From Chiloscyllium plagiosum (lineage: Eukaryota), in contig NC_057711.1 in assembly GCF_004010195.1 (NCBI RefSeq), forward strand, positions 82,351,872 through 82,415,871: DNA of 64,000 nucleotides. The letters are read 5' to 3'. Shown here in pieces: positions 61,987-64,000 of this stretch; positions within the stretch are counted from its first letter, which is position 1; each line of letters opens with the position of its first letter. The position numbers and the translations under genes are program-made. A model generated the notes under the pieces. That model saw only the letters and a program-made list of their open reading frames with translations, searched no databases and was not told the origin of the DNA.

Positions 61987-62097
61987 CTGCTGTTCCTGTG
62001 AGATGATAGGGGAGCACTTTGTTTTCTTCAGATGGGTAATCTCTCCAGCTTTCTTTTTCAGAATTTTCTGCTGTTGTTCTCGTTTTAATTCCAACTC
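61987..62097 (-). CDS. KIF27: Kinesin-like protein KIF27, internal coding exon (first exon in window; 111 nt, phase 0/0)
   Basis: Translates ELELKREQQQKILKKKAGEITHLKKTKCSPIISQEQQ. Acceptor TTTTTCTAG|GAG, donor CAG|GTATAT. Splices in frame to the next exon. Coiled-coil stalk of the KIF7/KIF27 family. Confidence 0.85.
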
Positions 62098-62859
62098 CTA
62101 GAAAAATTAAACATATTTTAAAATTATTTTAAAATTGTATTTTAAAATTGTAACCTTATTTAAGAAGATATTATTATTAGATTTTTGGCTGTTTTTTTTG
62201 TTTCTGGGCAAAGGATATAAATACGAGTGCAGGTTCTAAAACATTTGGATATTTTATTCTATCATAATTACATTCATTTTTGATTACAGATACTGAGTGA
62301 AGTTCCAATGTGGTTGCACAGCAATCAATACAAAAACAGAAATATTGGGTGCTGGTTTCAAATAATTTGTCGTAAATGGAAGGAACTTCGCTTCTTAAAT
62401 ATTTTCAGAGAATGGTTACAGTTCAGAAGGAGGCTATTTGGCACATCACATTTGTGCCAACTGTCTGTGAGCACAATACAGCTAATTCAATCACTTGTTT
62501 TTTTTCCTGTTGCCCTGAAAATCTTTACTCTTAAGGCAATTATCCATTTGCCTTTCGAAAATCCACCACATCATGGGCAGTGCATTCCAGATCCTAACTA
62601 ATTATTTTTTCATAGAAAACATTTGCTAATTGACCTTTGTTTTGTGCCAATTTAATTGTAATCCAATCTGGTGCCCAGACATCTCATTGGCAAACCCCAG
62701 ATGCTGGTCCCTGCTCCTAGCTGCAGTTCCCGAGCCCCTGGACTCAGCCAACAATGCCAACAGCTCACAGATTCCTACTGAGCCTACCAGCAGGAAATAC
62801 AGAAGATGAACAGCTCCTCACCAATTCAGCCTCTCTCTGGTCCAGAGACATTTATATAA

Positions 62860-63090
62860 TTCTCCCAGCCCAACATTTTTAGTGTATTAACCTCCTGAGT
62901 AATTTTATAACACCCTACCAGCCCAGTGTTTTAAATAACAACATCTGAAAACCCAGTGTTTTATAAAACACCCCACCCAGTTTCAATGCTTTTGTGAACG
63001 TCCCAGCCCAATAATCTTATAACACCCTCCTACCCCAGTGCTTATATAAACTGTTATCCACCCAGTAATTTTATAAAATTCTCACCCGCA
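62860..63090 (+). repeat. Degenerate ~30-bp minisatellite
   Basis: Recurrent CCCAGTG(T/C)TTTAT(A)AAACACCC-like units. Confidence 0.55.
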
Positions 63091-63109
63091 TTAAAAGAAC
63101 TCTTGCATA

Positions 63110-63420
63110 AGCACCTTCCATACCATCAGGATGAAGTTTGGAACCTGGAATGTCAGGACCCTTATGGACAATCCCACCAGTGATTCAGGAAGGCGTTGAG
63201 CACCTCAAAACTTGCCATCAGGAAAAGGTGGAAACCAAGTGAGAACACACACCAACACCAACACCAACACCCAGCTGTTCCCATAACCACCTTCTACCCC
63301 AAGTGTTACAGAGCCTGCAGTGGCAACATTAGTCTGAGAGTGGAAGAGAATCATCCTAGTCTGCGAGGGACCATCAATGAGTGAAGAAGCAGAGACGACC
63401 CTGCTCTGATTGCTGTACGA
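63110..63420 (+). mobile_element. Possible RTE-type LINE 3' remnant
   Basis: TTFYPKCYRACSGNISL resembles the C-terminal Zn knuckle (CP.C.R.C.SRIGL) of RTE-like ORFs. Confidence 0.4.
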
Positions 63421-64000
63421 ATCTGAGATCCCCTGTGAAAGCATGAATCCCGGTAAGTAGCATCGCAGCACCCCATCTCTTGAGCCCTGGCTTATCCTAA
63501 TCTGTCCAGACACTACATGATTTCAAACGTCTCTACCAAATCTCCTCTCAATTTCATTTTCTCTAAGAATTCAAGCTTTGCTAATCAATCCTCATAAATC
63601 AGTCCGTCAGCTCCAAAAACATTCTAATGAATATTTCTGTACCCTATTTAATTTTCATATCTTATTAATGAAAATATAAATTTTGAATATGATGCATTAT
63701 TCCTTTGAAAAAGGAAATTGTGCAACTTATTCGTGGACAATTAATTTGATTTCTATATATATATCAAAGGAGAGATAGAACAAATCCAGGAAATCATAGA
63801 ACAATTAGATTAAGATTGATGGTAGGAAAGGCAATAAAATCTTTATTCATATGTAATAGAAAATTATCAAGAAACTGAAATTTAAAAAAGCTGTTAAAGT
63901 GAAGATCATACTTAATCAACTTAACTGAATTCTTTGAAGAAGTGTCAGAAAGGATAAAAGGAAAATAATGCAACAGAAATAATATATTTAGAATTTCATA

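Noticed and set aside
8995..62097. Assignment as KIF7
   Set aside because: The stalk is shared by both paralogues, but the KDLYFYKKTSR exon and the terminal exon motifs match KIF27.

Overview
Repeat-rich eukaryotic genomic DNA. The HE1-type tRNA SINEs and CR1/HER1-type LINE tails suggest a shark or other elasmobranch (inference). The only host gene I can support is the 3' part of the kinesin KIF27 on the minus strand. It has seven coding exons (62097-61987, 51253-51077, 47169-46954, 43843-43637, 41957-41759, 23550-23383, 9455-8995) with AG/GT boundaries and consistent phases, ending at TAG 8995-8997. The introns and 3' flank are a mosaic of decayed transposons: many CR1 pieces (one near full length, with an ORF1 esterase), L2 and CR1/L2-group LINEs, a Rex1/Babar LINE, a full-length L1 sitting 76 nt behind a splice donor, Penelope-like elements (PLEs), Ty3/Gypsy and Harbinger-like remnants, and SINEs. 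The most notable structure is a set of hammerhead-ribozyme (HHR) motifs. Intact-looking minimal type I HHRs lie in two PLEs, and three 141-224 bp non-coding foldback elements carry HHR-derived cores and 14-17 bp target-site duplications (TSDs), resembling miniature non-autonomous PLEs. There are three assembly gaps. Transposon boundaries are approximate unless a TSD is quoted, and family names come from motif recognition, not database searches.
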